Under the pieces are notes generated by a model that searched no databases, had not been told where the DNA came from, and saw nothing but the letters and a program-made list of their open reading frames with translations. A program made the position numbers and the translations under genes. 57,844 bases of DNA from Octopus bimaculoides (lineage: Eukaryota): positions 29,138,233 to 29,196,076 of the forward strand of contig NC_068982.1 in assembly GCF_001194135.2 (NCBI RefSeq), in the 5' to 3' direction. The first letter of the stretch is position 1; the number at the start of each line of letters is the position of its first letter. Below are positions 1-11,984 of the stretch, in pieces.

Positions 1-281
1 AAAATGAAAAAAGCAAATAAAACGAAGGTATGGAGATTAAATACGCTTTACATCGCTTAATCAGCCAAATGAGTAAATGTAAACAACGGAATACTTGTCA
101 GTGATTGGTTGAAATTATTGAAATAAGACAATTTTTTACATGAAATAAATTCGAATACAAAAATATTTTTCTGTTCTATAACACAAAATAGATAAGTATA
201 CGGAGTTTGAAAGTCTTTCCGTACCAGAAACACTACGTAAAACATTAATGAAAAATGTGGACCCCGTTTTAAAATAGATCC
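1..281. mobile_element. Right half of a second copy of the 15950-16511 MITE, cut by the window edge
   Basis: Near-identical to 16231-16511 and ends at the same TIR (aaaatagatcc). Confidence 0.9.
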
Positions 282-705
282 CTCGTCTCCACCCCATCGG
301 AAAAATTCTATCCCATAAATCCTTATATACCCTGAAGCCACAACATCTAAGCGGTATTTGTACAAAATTTTGTTTAAATGTATCCATTTTTCTGAATGTT
401 ATGAGGCAACAAAGTTAGGGTCGTATACATCTGTAGTAATGATCTTTAATTTATACGATTTTTCATTTCATGTTTATTTCATTCATTGTTTGCAATGTTC
501 TCTCTCCCCCCTTTCTCTTACCCTCTCACATACTCTCTTTCTCTCTCTCACACACACACACACTGCAAAGCTTACATGTGGGCTGCTGAATTGAAATCTC
601 TATGATACTTTGAGGGCAAGGTAAAACTTGACAAACTGCTTCTCCCTTTGTTGCACTATCGTGATGTTTGCTTAAAAAAGTGGGTACAGTTTAAGAAGAG
701 TGGTC

Positions 706-863
706 CCGGTGCGCGCACTCGCGCGTCCGCGCTAGGTAGTCGTGAGTAGTCGATGCTACAATGCAAATCACTAGATGCGCAAAGCAAGTTAGTGCTTTAG
801 GGTTAGTGACTTGCATCGTAACATTGACTACTCACGACTACCTTGCGCGAGTGCGCGCACCGG
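706..863. repeat. GC/CpG-rich foldback palindrome (about 60-bp arms, 30-nt loop)
   Basis: Arms 706-773 and 804-863 are reverse complements apart from an 8-nt insertion and 5 substitutions. No TSD seen. Confidence 0.85.
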
Positions 864-2379
864 AAACAAAAAGTGATTATGACTGTGATAAACTCATGAA
901 AGGCAGTATTTACTAAGCAAGTGAACGCTATTAAACAAAGAAATAATTAGACGTCAAATATCATAAAAATTATTAGTATTGGGAATCCAATGTGAAAATA
1001 TTATCAAGGGGCTAGCAGAAAACCGCCCGGAGGGCGATCTTTCTGCTTGTAAAGTTAGTTATCTGAAAGGTAACTGTAGATACCAACAAAAACAAATCTA
1101 CTGAATAAGAACATGCAAAAAAAAATATAACAAATTACCGATGGCAAAACCACTCAGTACGACAACGATTGACTGGATAACTGGGGTCAGTTTTAAGCAG
1201 CAATAGACCTAATTCAAAGCGTCTCGGACGCAACTGATCGAGGTGTTGACCAAGCAAATGAAAGTTCACTCGCCCAATAACTCTTCTTAGCAGATGCATG
1301 ATTCGGGGTGATCTCACTAACTTTGCCCCATTAGTTTATCTGACCAATAAGAACAGCATTTCGTCCCCTCCTTCCTTACTTGATGTCATTAAGTTGGCAA
1401 ATTCTCTTGGTCGTTGACCAGCAAACGCTACGAAACAATCTCCGCCACCACGTAGAATCATAAACAACATTCATTTGACCTGTGCAGGACACTAAATATA
1501 CCACTAAGATACCTTTCTTTTCTTTTTCCCTCATTCTGGCTCAGCAATTGGTTAATTATATGGTCATCTACGTGCAGGAAACCAGTAATAGAGGGCAGAG
1601 TCAACCTGTCAAGTATTTATTGACCGGTTGACTCAACATTAATTGAATCTTACTTTCTTTCATTTGTACACTTTGGGGTATGACTGCTCATCCATATATC
1701 TAAAAAGAAATTCTAACATTCAGATGGATATGTCTGTATACATTTATACATACACGTGTATATGTGCATGTATGTAAATATTACTGTATATTATCGCCAA
1801 ATGCACATCTTTCGTGTGCGTGTGTATACACATACAATACTCTTTTTCTCTCTCTCTCCCCCATACTGAGAGAGATAATCACCAATCGTATATATATTTG
1901 TGCGTTTTAATCTATTCTAACAAAATTGTCTATGTATTCACTTTTCGCCACATCCACTTCGGTTCAAATGTCAAGTAAAGGACATATATAAGATTTTTAT
2001 CTTTTCTATAATATATCGTATGATGTTCAATCCAGCCAAATTTTACGTCCCCTCTTCACTATCAGCAGTTTCTCCTTTTTATTTCATTTCTTTTCATTTC
2101 CTTTTTTTTTTCTTTTTCCTATTTATTTTGTAGGCGGGAGAGTGTTTGTTTATCCATCAAATATTATCCTTAAGTGATAAGATGGTCGACTGCCAGAACT
2201 GATAATACTTTCATATATTCTCTTAAACTTTAAAGCTCTTCACCACCACCATCGCCTACCCCATCTTCCTTCCACCCAAAATACTTCACTTTATTAAGTG
2301 CAATTATCTGCTGCTGCAAACTTAAGCGTCTTGCGCAACTTGAGATTTTTTTTTTTTTTTTTTTTCTATAATTTTCTAG

Positions 2380-2555
2380 CTTTCTCTCTAAACTGGCATC
2401 TCTGAAATACTTTCGTACTTAAAATATTTATACGTGACAATAGACCTTTGACTCCGCTGTAAAAGTACTTGGCTTGAAATTCTAAGTAACAATGTCACAG
2501 CTGGTCTCCTGGAGAGAGGATTTCGAATTCTTCGTTGAAAATAAAAGCATAAATG
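2380..2555 (+). other. Candidate exon with ATG (MSQLVSWREDFEFFVENKSIN|G)
   Basis: Long poly-T tract then ttttctag acceptor, acaATG at 2492, AATG|gtaaac donor. No family recognised and no downstream partner identified. Confidence 0.25.
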
Positions 2556-3142
2556 GTAAACAGATCCTTCAAGGCAGGTCAAATTTATCAGTGCTAGTGA
2601 TTTGTTTCAATATTCTTCGCAAGATAAGTGGAATTTGTACCTCTCTACGAAAGTGAAAAAGATGAATGATGTTCCACATTCTATAAGAGAACATGTGGTT
2701 TTATTCACATCTCTTAATTTTTCTATTTCACTTTTTTTTTTTCACATGTTTATTCTAAGTGGAACAGCTTTAGAGAAATGAAAATCATAAGTTGTGTGGT
2801 CAAGAAGCTAACATTGCCGCCACCTGGTTTCTGGTTCAGCCCCACTGCGCGGCACCTTGTGCAAGTCTTCTACTATACAACTACAGGCCAACTAATGTCT
2901 TGTGAGAGAGTTTGGTTGGCGGAAAACGTGGCAGACCGTCGTGTGTGTTGTTTCCCCCACAGCTACTTGACAACCGATGTTTATTTGCTTACATCGCCAT
3001 AACTTAATTCAGCAAAAGAGAGCGATAGAACAGACGCCAGACATTTAAAACAAAGTACAAGGGTCGATTTGTTTAAACCCTTCAAATAAGAAATGACTTG
3101 CGGAAATAGACGGTAGACGAAGATGAGTCTTCTACCATTTCT

Positions 3143-4062
3143 NNNNNNNNNNNNNNNNNNNNNNNNNNNNNNNNNNNNNNNNNNNNNNNNNNNNNNNNNN
3201 NNNNNNNNNNNNNNNNNNNNNNNNNNNNNNNNNNNNNNNNNNNNNNNNNNNNNNNNNNNNNNNNNNNNNNNNNNNNNNNNNNNNNNNNNNNNNNNNNNNN
3301 NNNNNNNNNNNNNNNNNNNNNNNNNNNNNNNNNNNNNNNNNNNNNNNNNNNNNNNNNNNNNNNNNNNNNNNNNNNNNNNNNNNNNNNNNNNNNNNNNNNN
3401 NNNNNNNNNNNNNNNNNNNNNNNNNNNNNNNNNNNNNNNNNNNNNNNNNNNNNNNNNNNNNNNNNNNNNNNNNNNNNNNNNNNNNNNNNNNNNNNNNNNN
3501 NNNNNNNNNNNNNNNNNNNNNNNNNNNNNNNNNNNNNNNNNNNNNNNNNNNNNNNNNNNNNNNNNNNNNNNNNNNNNNNNNNNNNNNNNNNNNNNNNNNN
3601 NNNNNNNNNNNNNNNNNNNNNNNNNNNNNNNNNNNNNNNNNNNNNNNNNNNNNNNNNNNNNNNNNNNNNNNNNNNNNNNNNNNNNNNNNNNNNNNNNNNN
3701 NNNNNNNNNNNNNNNNNNNNNNNNNNNNNNNNNNNNNNNNNNNNNNNNNNNNNNNNNNNNNNNNNNNNNNNNNNNNNNNNNNNNNNNNNNNNNNNNNNNN
3801 NNNNNNNNNNNNNNNNNNNNNNNNNNNNNNNNNNNNNNNNNNNNNNNNNNNNNNNNNNNNNNNNNNNNNNNNNNNNNNNNNNNNNNNNNNNNNNNNNNNN
3901 NNNNNNNNNNNNNNNNNNNNNNNNNNNNNNNNNNNNNNNNNNNNNNNNNNNNNNNNNNNNNNNNNNNNNNNNNNNNNNNNNNNNNNNNNNNNNNNNNNNN
4001 NNNNNNNNNNNNNNNNNNNNNNNNNNNNNNNNNNNNNNNNNNNNNNNNNNNNNNNNNNNNNN
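3143..4062. other. Assembly gap (920 N)
   Basis: Other gaps: 19173-19312, 26486-26495, 27096-27127, 39479-39592, 45373-45522, 54559-54568. Confidence 1.
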
Positions 4063-5039
4063 AACATTTGTTCGCACAATTCCTCCAAGAAGTAGTCCGG
4101 AATTACATATAGGGAAACGTCAACTTCTATGTTGTACTGATTGTGTAAAAAAAAAAAAAGTTTCCACAAAGGAAAACAATTCGCCCCTAAACGGGAAATT
4201 CGCACAAAAAAAAAAAAACGAACCTGCTAAAGCAGGCAATGTATTTAAAAGACACAGAAAACAACAAAAGTTGTATAACAGTTCAAAAAACAACGGTAAT
4301 CCCAAAAGGGAAAACTTACAATTAAAAGAGAGCAGGAAAAAAAAAAAGGACGTTCAGTAAAAGGCACTGAAAAATAATGACGTTTTTTCATAATCTTTTG
4401 AATTCGTATATATTTATTTTATTATAAATGCAAAGCAATACCACATACTCGCCTCCCGAGTTTCGTTTTCCATACAGTGTGTGCGATATGGTCGGTATAA
4501 AAAAAGGATCGAAGATCCTTCATTTGGCTGGTTTTCTGGATTCTATAATGTGCATATTCCCCTCTAGACAGGACACCGGGATTACTCATGCCATCTGGCT
4601 GAACTGGAGCAACATGAAGGAAGTGCTTTTGCTCAAGACCATAACGCATCTCCCGTCCACGAATCGAAACCACATTCTTACAATCAACACTCTAATCATT
4701 AAGCTGCGTGCCTCGTGTACGGTATAGCATTAGCAATAGTTTTCTCAAGTGTCTAACCTGATATCTCAAATGTCGGTAGTAAAACAGGCATTTGCAATGA
4801 TATTGCTCACTTCGTGGTTTTCAAAGTCTGCTGAAATATTCCTTCGATTTGGCTTTCCTCATGCAATGTTTTCGATGATTTGGTGGACGTGCGTTTCTTT
4901 TCCTCTTTCTTAGAAAAACATATTTCTGGGCTTTGGTGCAAATCTGTGTATGCTTGTAATGTCTAAGCATGCATGCTCTCTTAATTCTAAAGTTACCTTA
5001 TTAGTTGCAAGGTTGTGAAGGAACGCTACCTTTCTTCTA

Positions 5040-5330
5040 TTTTTTAAACAGTTTGCAAATTTTTATTGTCCCGGATATCGTAATCATTTCTAGTGTATGA
5101 AGTGAGTTGCATTCTCTCATCTAGAATCAAAGTTCAACCATACATTGCTCTTGACGGATTGGTACGGATCTTGTTGCTCCAATTATAATCGTCAGTGGTC
5201 CATAGATATTCTCTTTCTCCTTTATTTTTCTGACCCAATAAGTGTCCAGAGAGCAGCTAGTTTCTACAACAGAACCTTTTTTTTTTCTTTGTAGTCGCGC
5301 ACATCATGTATGTATGGCATGGCAATGTAT
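5040..5330 (-). mobile_element. Remnant of a restriction-like-endonuclease (RLE) non-LTR retrotransposon C-terminus
   Basis: Minus-strand translation VVETSCSLD...KIKEKENIYGPL/IIIGAT.SVP...ITISGTIKICK; a second IIGATGS piece at about 5710-5775. Confidence 0.55.
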
Positions 5331-7357
5331 GGTTATCTGAACTAGTGTGCATGGGTGTGTATATATTCATTGCAGATATCATCAGGTCAATAGGTTTCTC
5401 CGATTTGTGCGGTAATTATTCTTTCATGTAATTGTATATCAATATAGATGGGAGTTTTTGTTTGAATTTAGTTTACTGCGCTTTCAGTTGATTATGTTTT
5501 TCATTCATTACTCTAGTTTGTTTATAATCAGTCATTGCTCATTCGTATAATAACATCATGTTCACCTTTCAATGGTCGTACCCCGTGTTATTTATATCAA
5601 GTCAGAAGAATGAATTCACTGGTTTAGTTTGGTCTGGCTTATGTAATGTGCTATTTTGACGATCTGTGCGGATAACTTCAAGCTTTTTCTCGACGAAAAT
5701 AAGTTTCTGCTATCATCTAGAACCCATGTTCAACTCTTGGTGGGTTGGTGCGGATCCTGTTGCTCCAGTTATAAGCGGCAGGAAACTATAAGTGTATCTC
5801 GATTTCAAACACATTATCGGTTGTCTGCTGTCTTTGTGCTTGTCCCCATCACCGCTTGACAACCGGTGTTGGCTTGTTTACGTACCCGTAACGTAGCGGG
5901 TCGGCAAAAGTGACCGATAGAATAAGTACCAAGCTTAAAAATATGAAAATACTGGGATCGATTCATTCGACTAAAACCCTTCAAGAGGGTGCCCCAGCAT
6001 GGTTAAAACAACTAAAAAGATATCCGTTTGATATCGAAATTCAACTAGTTGGAGTATTTTAGATCTATCGCTTTCATGTTGCCAATAAAAAGATTTTAAC
6101 TTTTTTTTTTTTTTTTTTTTTTTAGAATTGATACAGAGCTTTGTTCAAATTCAAAGGATCATTTAAATTTCTCTCGATTATTCCTCGACCTTCGGTAGCA
6201 GGCCCCAGTTTCCTGTCCAGCCATTGTGTAAATAGTTGTAATATTACGTGTTGAATTTTCTCCGTTTGATTACTGCTATGATCTTCCGCTAAAAAAGGTG
6301 CTTCTTCACATTTATCAGAAGATAAGCGACTTTTTACCAGGCTTATATCAATAGAAAACGTTTTAGGGGATAGTATCCATCGTAGAGAGATGAATAGCTC
6401 CCTTATGCTGACGTGACCGACTCCGGCGCCGTTATGTAGGCATGTATATTTATGTCCGTCGGTAAGTATTAATGTATGCCTATGGATCGAAGGGAAGTTG
6501 GTCGTGATTTATAATTTCAATGTATTATTCATCTTTATGTATTATTCTATCTCTCCATTATCCCGGTGTCCCTTTTCTTTTTATTATAGTTTTGCTTTAT
6601 ATTTTCATTTTTTTTTCACCATTTCCTGCCTTCCTTTTTACTTAACTCCCCTCTATCACGTTCTGACGTACATCCTTTGTCATCTTCTGGCACCTCTCCC
6701 TCTCGTTAATTATGTCTTCATTTCTGTTTTTTTTTTTTTTAAATATGAACGGCCCCTTATTGTGTGCAACTAGATTATACAAGCACACCTTAAAGGAAAC
6801 CAAACAAAGACAACAAATGTTAGGCGCTGTTTGAATGGGTAACGTACAAGAAAGTATCTGTTAGTTGTCCATACCTTATATATATGCAAAATGTGTGTGT
6901 GTTATGAGTTCATAACTCATGCTTGAAAGCACACAATATATCGGTGATAGCAAATATTTTGGGGGTTATTTATTTATTTAGGCACGCCAGGATTAAGCAA
7001 TCTAGAAACACTACGCTTCTGTTAAATTATTTGGGGAATTTAGGTAATCTATTTTCTTGGGTTGGCCAAATTTTGCAAACCACGACCGACTTTTTATTCA
7101 GTGAATCAACAGTCTTTATAAATCAATATATTGCCAAACGACAGAGAATCTACAAGGGAATCGGGGTATACGTTGCAGTTTTGATTAATAGTTCAATCAA
7201 TGTCTCCTATTTTTACCCTGCTTATACTATTCAGAAAGGAATATGCGTTACAGCTTATTTCTCTCCCATTAAATATGAGGTCCCCTAAACACACTTGGTT
7301 CTTTAGTATAACGGACTGAGCCTAAAATGTCACCTATTTCATTAAGTAATAAAATAA

Positions 7358-7572
7358 GGCGGTGAGCTGACAAAATCATTATCACGTTGGGCGAAATGCT
7401 TAGAGGTATTTTGTCCGTCTTTTCGTTCTGAGTTCAAATGCCACCGAGGTCGACTTTGCCTTTCATCTTTTCGGAGTCGATAAAATAAATACCAGTTGAA
7501 CACTGTAATCGATGTAATCGACTAGCCCCGTTCCCTTTAACTTACCGGTCTTGTGTCAAAATTTGAAACTAT
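7358..7572 (+). mobile_element. SINE family A (GGCGGTGAGCTG head), near full length
   Basis: Related copies at about 9515-9700, 13480-13690, 11985-13250 (minus), 40340-40800 (minus) and 56900-57120. Confidence 0.75.
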
Positions 7573-9189
7573 CAGTAATAAAATTACTTGTTTCAAGCTA
7601 GCCGAGATAATTAACTTCCACCCACCACTAGAAAAGCCCCTTCGTTTATATTACGAACGCACTTTGCAAAATCATAAGTGTCATAAATTTCCAGCACTCG
7701 CTTCAGTCCTGCCTTCAAAGGACACTTGCTAACATTTGCTTCGTTAATATTCAACATAATGAACTTCAGTTTGAGAAAAAGAAAAACAAGCCTATGATAG
7801 GATTCAAACTTCGTTCTTACCACTTGCTGTGTAGTCGTCAGATTTTACGCTTCAGTGTTAGTTTTTCCGGCATCTCAAATTGCACACGATAAATTTTTTT
7901 TCTCTATTATTATTATTATTTTTTTTGTTATCACCAGAAGATAATTCGTTACTAATTGATGTTTATTTTTTGCTTGTTTGACTCGGTGAACTACAGCTTT
8001 GCTGGGTTGCTATCTTGAAGGGTTACATTGAACAAATCAACCCCAGGATTTATTTTCAAGTTTGGTACTTATCTTATTAGTCTCCTTTGCAGAACTGCAG
8101 AGTTATAGGGATGTAAACAAACTAACACTAGTTGTCGAGTGTTCGTAGCAAGTCATAATTTCACGTAAAGGATAATTTCTAACACAACGACAGATCAAGG
8201 CATATGATATCTTATTCTCTTGGACATAAATGAAATAGTTTATCCTTCTAGTATTGATGACTAAATAATCATCCAACAGTATAAAAATATTCACATGATC
8301 ATTAATCCGTGCAATTCAAATACTAATCTCACGAAAATGCTATTTTGAAAGTAGTTTGATTTCATTAGAAACTTTGAAACTGAAACTCTATACAAAAGGT
8401 TTCGTTTAAGATAACATCACATATTTTTGCAGTGATAAAATCAATTATCTCGATCAGTTCATTTCGAAAGTGAACCCCGATTTCATATTTAACTATGTAA
8501 CATTTAGTGACTATCCAAGTGTTTTCTTCCCACGTAACCTTAATTGGCTTATTGAATTCTGCTGAAATGATCATGCCATTGCGTTCAGTGAAAGGTTATT
8601 CTTCACTCTCCAATTCCTAAAGCGTGATCACGCATATTTCTTTTAATTTCTTTAAGTCACAAGACCTCCACAGTACAGTGGCTCGTTCTCACTTAGAATA
8701 ACAACAACCAGATGAATCACATCGTGGATGTGTTGCCACTTCATTGTAACGCTGAAATATTTCCAGAGGGCCTGACACTGACTATAATGATACGGTGGTT
8801 GAGACGTGCTGGCTTCAGTTGCCTTCTGAAAGGCAAAAAAAAAAAATAATAATAATAATGACGCGCTAAATGTTCGTAGTCTAAGCTATGGTTTGTATAT
8901 AGGTGTATATATGTATATATATATATAATGTGTGTGTATGTGTGTACAAGTTGTTCGTGCTAAATTTGATTTTATCTTATTTTTCCCCCAAGAACAGCTT
9001 GATGTATGGGTGATCAGTCAATGGCATTGAAAAGCGTCAGTCAATGGCATTGGAGAGCGTGAAAATTAAAGGTGCAGTTGAGAAAGAGTTAGCTGACATT
9101 GAGGACTGGAAGTCATCTGGATATTCCAAAGAACTTACCTGTGTCATGATTCGCGCCGGATATCAAAAATACCGACATCATGAGAGCTG

Positions 9190-9450
9190 CTCAATGTTCT
9201 GTGAAAACTATACAAGCTGTAAGACATGACATGGAGAGTATGGAATTGTGGGCAGCAGAAAGGTATGGTCTTAAGGTGTTTCTCCAGTGAGGGTGACGCC
9301 AAGGTCAAGATGTTCGAAGATCTTCCCAGGGACATAGTGAGAAACGCATGCGCCAGGATCCAGAGCCGTCTTGAGGCTCTGGTGAAAACTGAGAGCTGCT
9401 ACTCTGTGTTATCTCCCAGCCATAATCTAGTCGATCTTTTTGATTTTTAA
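9190..9450 (+). mobile_element. Tc1/mariner transposase C-terminal remnant
   Basis: MFEDLPRDIVRNACARIQSRLEALVKTESCY resembles the C-terminal ..AC..FR.RLEAVV.A.G.Y motif. Confidence 0.6.
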
Positions 9451-10148
9451 AGTACATTTCTCTTTATATAGCTATCACATTCAGCCTCTGTGTGTGTGCG
9501 TGTGAGAGAGAGATAGTTATTTCGATGAAATAAATACCAGTTGAACAATGGGGTCGATGTAATCGATTAGCCCCCTTCCTCAAAATTTCAGGCCCTGTGC
9601 CTAAAGTAATTTGTATTGCGGTGAACTAGCTGACCCGTTAGCACGCCGGACAAAAAGCTAAGCAGAATTTCGTCCGTCTTCACGTTCTGAGTTCAAAATA
9701 CCACCCAGAAAGGATGTAAGGTAAAATCGAGCTCGGAAAAGGACTAAAATATTAGAACCGAGTTGTGAAATTGTATGATGTACACAACTTTTCAAAGAAT
9801 TTATCGATGCCAAAGATTTATAAAGTATATTTCAACCCGAGTTCTCATAATTTTCTCAAGTCATTTCAACATTGGTAAGATTGATATTATTGTTCAGCAA
9901 CAGCGTAAGTAACAATGATTTCACATTTTGACATATGTCTGTGTCTGCAGTGATTGACAGAATTTGTTGGTTGTCGGTTAGAATTCCATGAAATAATTTA
10001 ATCGTCTCCATTAGAAACTAACGGTAAAATGTTGGATGCTCATTCGACTAATCTAGACTACAGTTCTATATTTAAGAGATGAGGAATTATGTACATTATT
10101 TACATTATTTATATTTGACGGATATTTGTCCTCATCTTGTTTCTTGTT

Positions 10149-10194
10149 AACACAACGTTTCGGCTGATATACCTTCCAGCCTTCATCGGGTGTC
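10149..10194 (-). ncRNA. Type I hammerhead ribozyme motif, left arm (U4 changed to C, GUU site)
   Basis: Minus strand reads GACAC-C[C]GAUGA-A-GGCUG(gaaggtatat)CAGCC-GAAA-CGUU-GUGUU: same fold, different lesions. Confidence 0.65.
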
Positions 10195-10320
10195 TTGGGG
10201 AAATTTTGAACCTGCGTTCTCATTCCTAAGGTATTTTTTGCTATTATTATTAAGGTCATTGCCTGGAATCGAACTCAGAATCTTGGGTTTAGTAGCCGCC
10301 CTCTTGACCACTTCGCCCAC

Positions 10321-10393
10321 GGGCATATGGCGTAGTGGTTAAGAGCGCGGGCTACTAACCACAAGATTCCGAGTTCGATTCCAGGCAGTGACC
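10321..10393 (+). promoter_or_regulatory. tRNA-derived Pol III head (A and B boxes) of the hammerhead element
   Basis: A box TGGCGTAGTGG (10328-10338) and B box GTTCGATTCC (10373-10382); a mirrored copy lies on the minus strand at about 10255-10320. Confidence 0.75.
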
Positions 10394-10461
10394 GTAATAA
10401 TAATAATAATAGTATCAAAAAATACCTTAGGAATGAGAACCCAGGTTCAAAATTTCCCCAA

Positions 10462-10507
10462 AACACATGATGAAGGCTGGAGGGTATATCAGCCGAAACG
10501 TCGTGTT
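10462..10507 (+). ncRNA. Type I hammerhead ribozyme motif, right arm (C3 changed to A)
   Basis: AACAC-[A]UGAUGA-A-GGCUG(gagggtatat)CAGCC-GAAA-CGUC^GUGUU. Stem I is AACAC/GUGUU, stem II is 5 bp, the cleavage triplet is GUC, and stem III is the loopless palindrome ACGU. Confidence 0.7.
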
Positions 10508-10522
10508 AACAAGAAACAAGAT

Positions 10523-11557
10523 TGTAGTGAAACCTCTCTCTCGGGCATTCAATCACAAATGATAACGAAGTTGCTAACATCTAGCCTTCGGCTACCTTGG
10601 CCCTTTCTGTCCTACATCCTGATTGGCTCTTATTTTTGCGCGGCAATTGTCTCCATGTTCTGCTTGCTTAGGGGGAATTACATCCAATCGTGGCTTTAGA
10701 TAAAGTCACGTGATAGAGTTTTACTGGGTTTTCTGTGAACCCTTTTTCGCCTATAAATAAGCCCGATCCAACGACGGCAATTGTCTTCGAATTCAGATCT
10801 CTCACGGTTCTGATCGCTGACCACACATATAAAAAACACGGCTACAGCCAGTTCCAGCGTCGACGTTCACCACCAATGTACTGTCTACCACAATGTCGTG
10901 CGCCAGCAACCCCACCACCAGGCACACACCAACATCAACAAGCTCGGTTTTATCTTCACTGTATGAGTGGAGTTACCACTCACGAACAAGTCAGAACTAA
11001 CCAGCGAGAATATTCCGTACCAGGTAACACAGGTCGCAGCATTCGACGCTCAACACACAGTGTGATACTACAGCTCTGCTACTTGGCCACAACTTCCTTC
11101 GTATGAACATTCTAAATCTTGTGTAGCTTTAATACGAACTGGTTTTTCTCTATAGACACTCTTTCTATGTTCTGTGTTACACTCACTCACACGCACACTT
11201 GTACACTCACATATTGTATACACACTATTGCTTATATGACTCTCCGTCACTTCACATTGTTGTATACCTTCTCTTGTACACAAAGGCCTGATTTATCTAC
11301 TGTCTTAATTTTACATGTCGTATGCACGCACACACAGACAAACAGTTTCGCTTTGTTAATAAATTTATTCTCATTATATATCTAACGGTTGAGTTTGTAC
11401 TAAATTCTTTTACTGGCACCATGGCTCGTATCTCTCTTACGTCGAGCCTTCTATCTTATATATATCTTGTTTTGTGTTCGACCGTGCGACATGGTAAAAA
11501 GGAGCCTTTACCTTCTACGTCGCCATCTCCTTTGGTTCGCACGGTCGAAGTATTACA
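10523..11557 (+). mobile_element. Solo LTR, 1,035 bp (Ty3/gypsy-like by TSD length)
   Basis: Starts TGTA, ends TACA, 4-bp TSD AGAT (10519-10522, 11558-11561), TATAAATA at 10752, AATAAA at 11358. Host sequence resumes immediately after it. Confidence 0.85.
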
Positions 11558-11984
11558 AGATGACAAATATCCGTCAAATGTAAATAATGTAATCTAGACT
11601 ATATAAAACTTTTCATTTTCACACTCTATTGTTTAGATTCAATAGAAAATATTTAAGAAAGAAAAAAAAAAGACTTATAGCAGAACGGATTAATCCAATC
11701 ACGTGATAATCTTGATAAAAGATTAATCATGTTTTAATCAAAATCTGCCCATGCTCACTGCTCTCTCCTATAACAAAACTCTTTTATGACGAGTAGCTAT
11801 GTTAAGGGAGATAACTTTCTTTCGTCATTGTGTCTTCTACGCCTGCAGCGCATTCATGACTTTACAACGAAAGTCTTACCGATTAAGCACGAGTTTTCCA
11901 ATGACCTACGATCAGACATGCGCTTATTTTAGGGTATCTGTATGACCACATTCTCCAGGCGAACAGGAATTCACTAATTCTTGC

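Larger units (their letters stand above)
10061..11589. mobile_element. Palindromic tRNA-headed, hammerhead-bearing non-autonomous retroelement (Penelope-like tail), interrupted by a solo LTR
   Basis: Flanked by the 12-bp direct repeat TAATCTAGACTA (10049-10060, 11590-11601). Inverted arms 10061-10320 and 10321-10522 plus 11558-11589 are centred on two head-to-head tRNA-like heads. Confidence 0.85.

Noticed and set aside
3082-4205. Longest ORFs in the track (329-357 aa)
   Set aside because: They consist almost entirely of N-gap codons. The same applies to ORFs at 19142, 39409-39807 and 45241-45597.
4140-4360. A-tract-rich patterned sequence next to the gap
   Set aside because: No periodicity or second copy; it may be low-quality contig-end sequence.
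10321-10393. Functional tRNA gene (also 27129, 30392, 55555)
   Set aside because: A and B boxes are present, but there is no clean acceptor stem and each continues into a repeated body with TSD or tail, so these are SINE heads.
10735-11106. 123-aa ORF as a gene
   Set aside because: Lies wholly inside the solo LTR, has no recognisable motif and is probably a chance ORF in GC-richer DNA.
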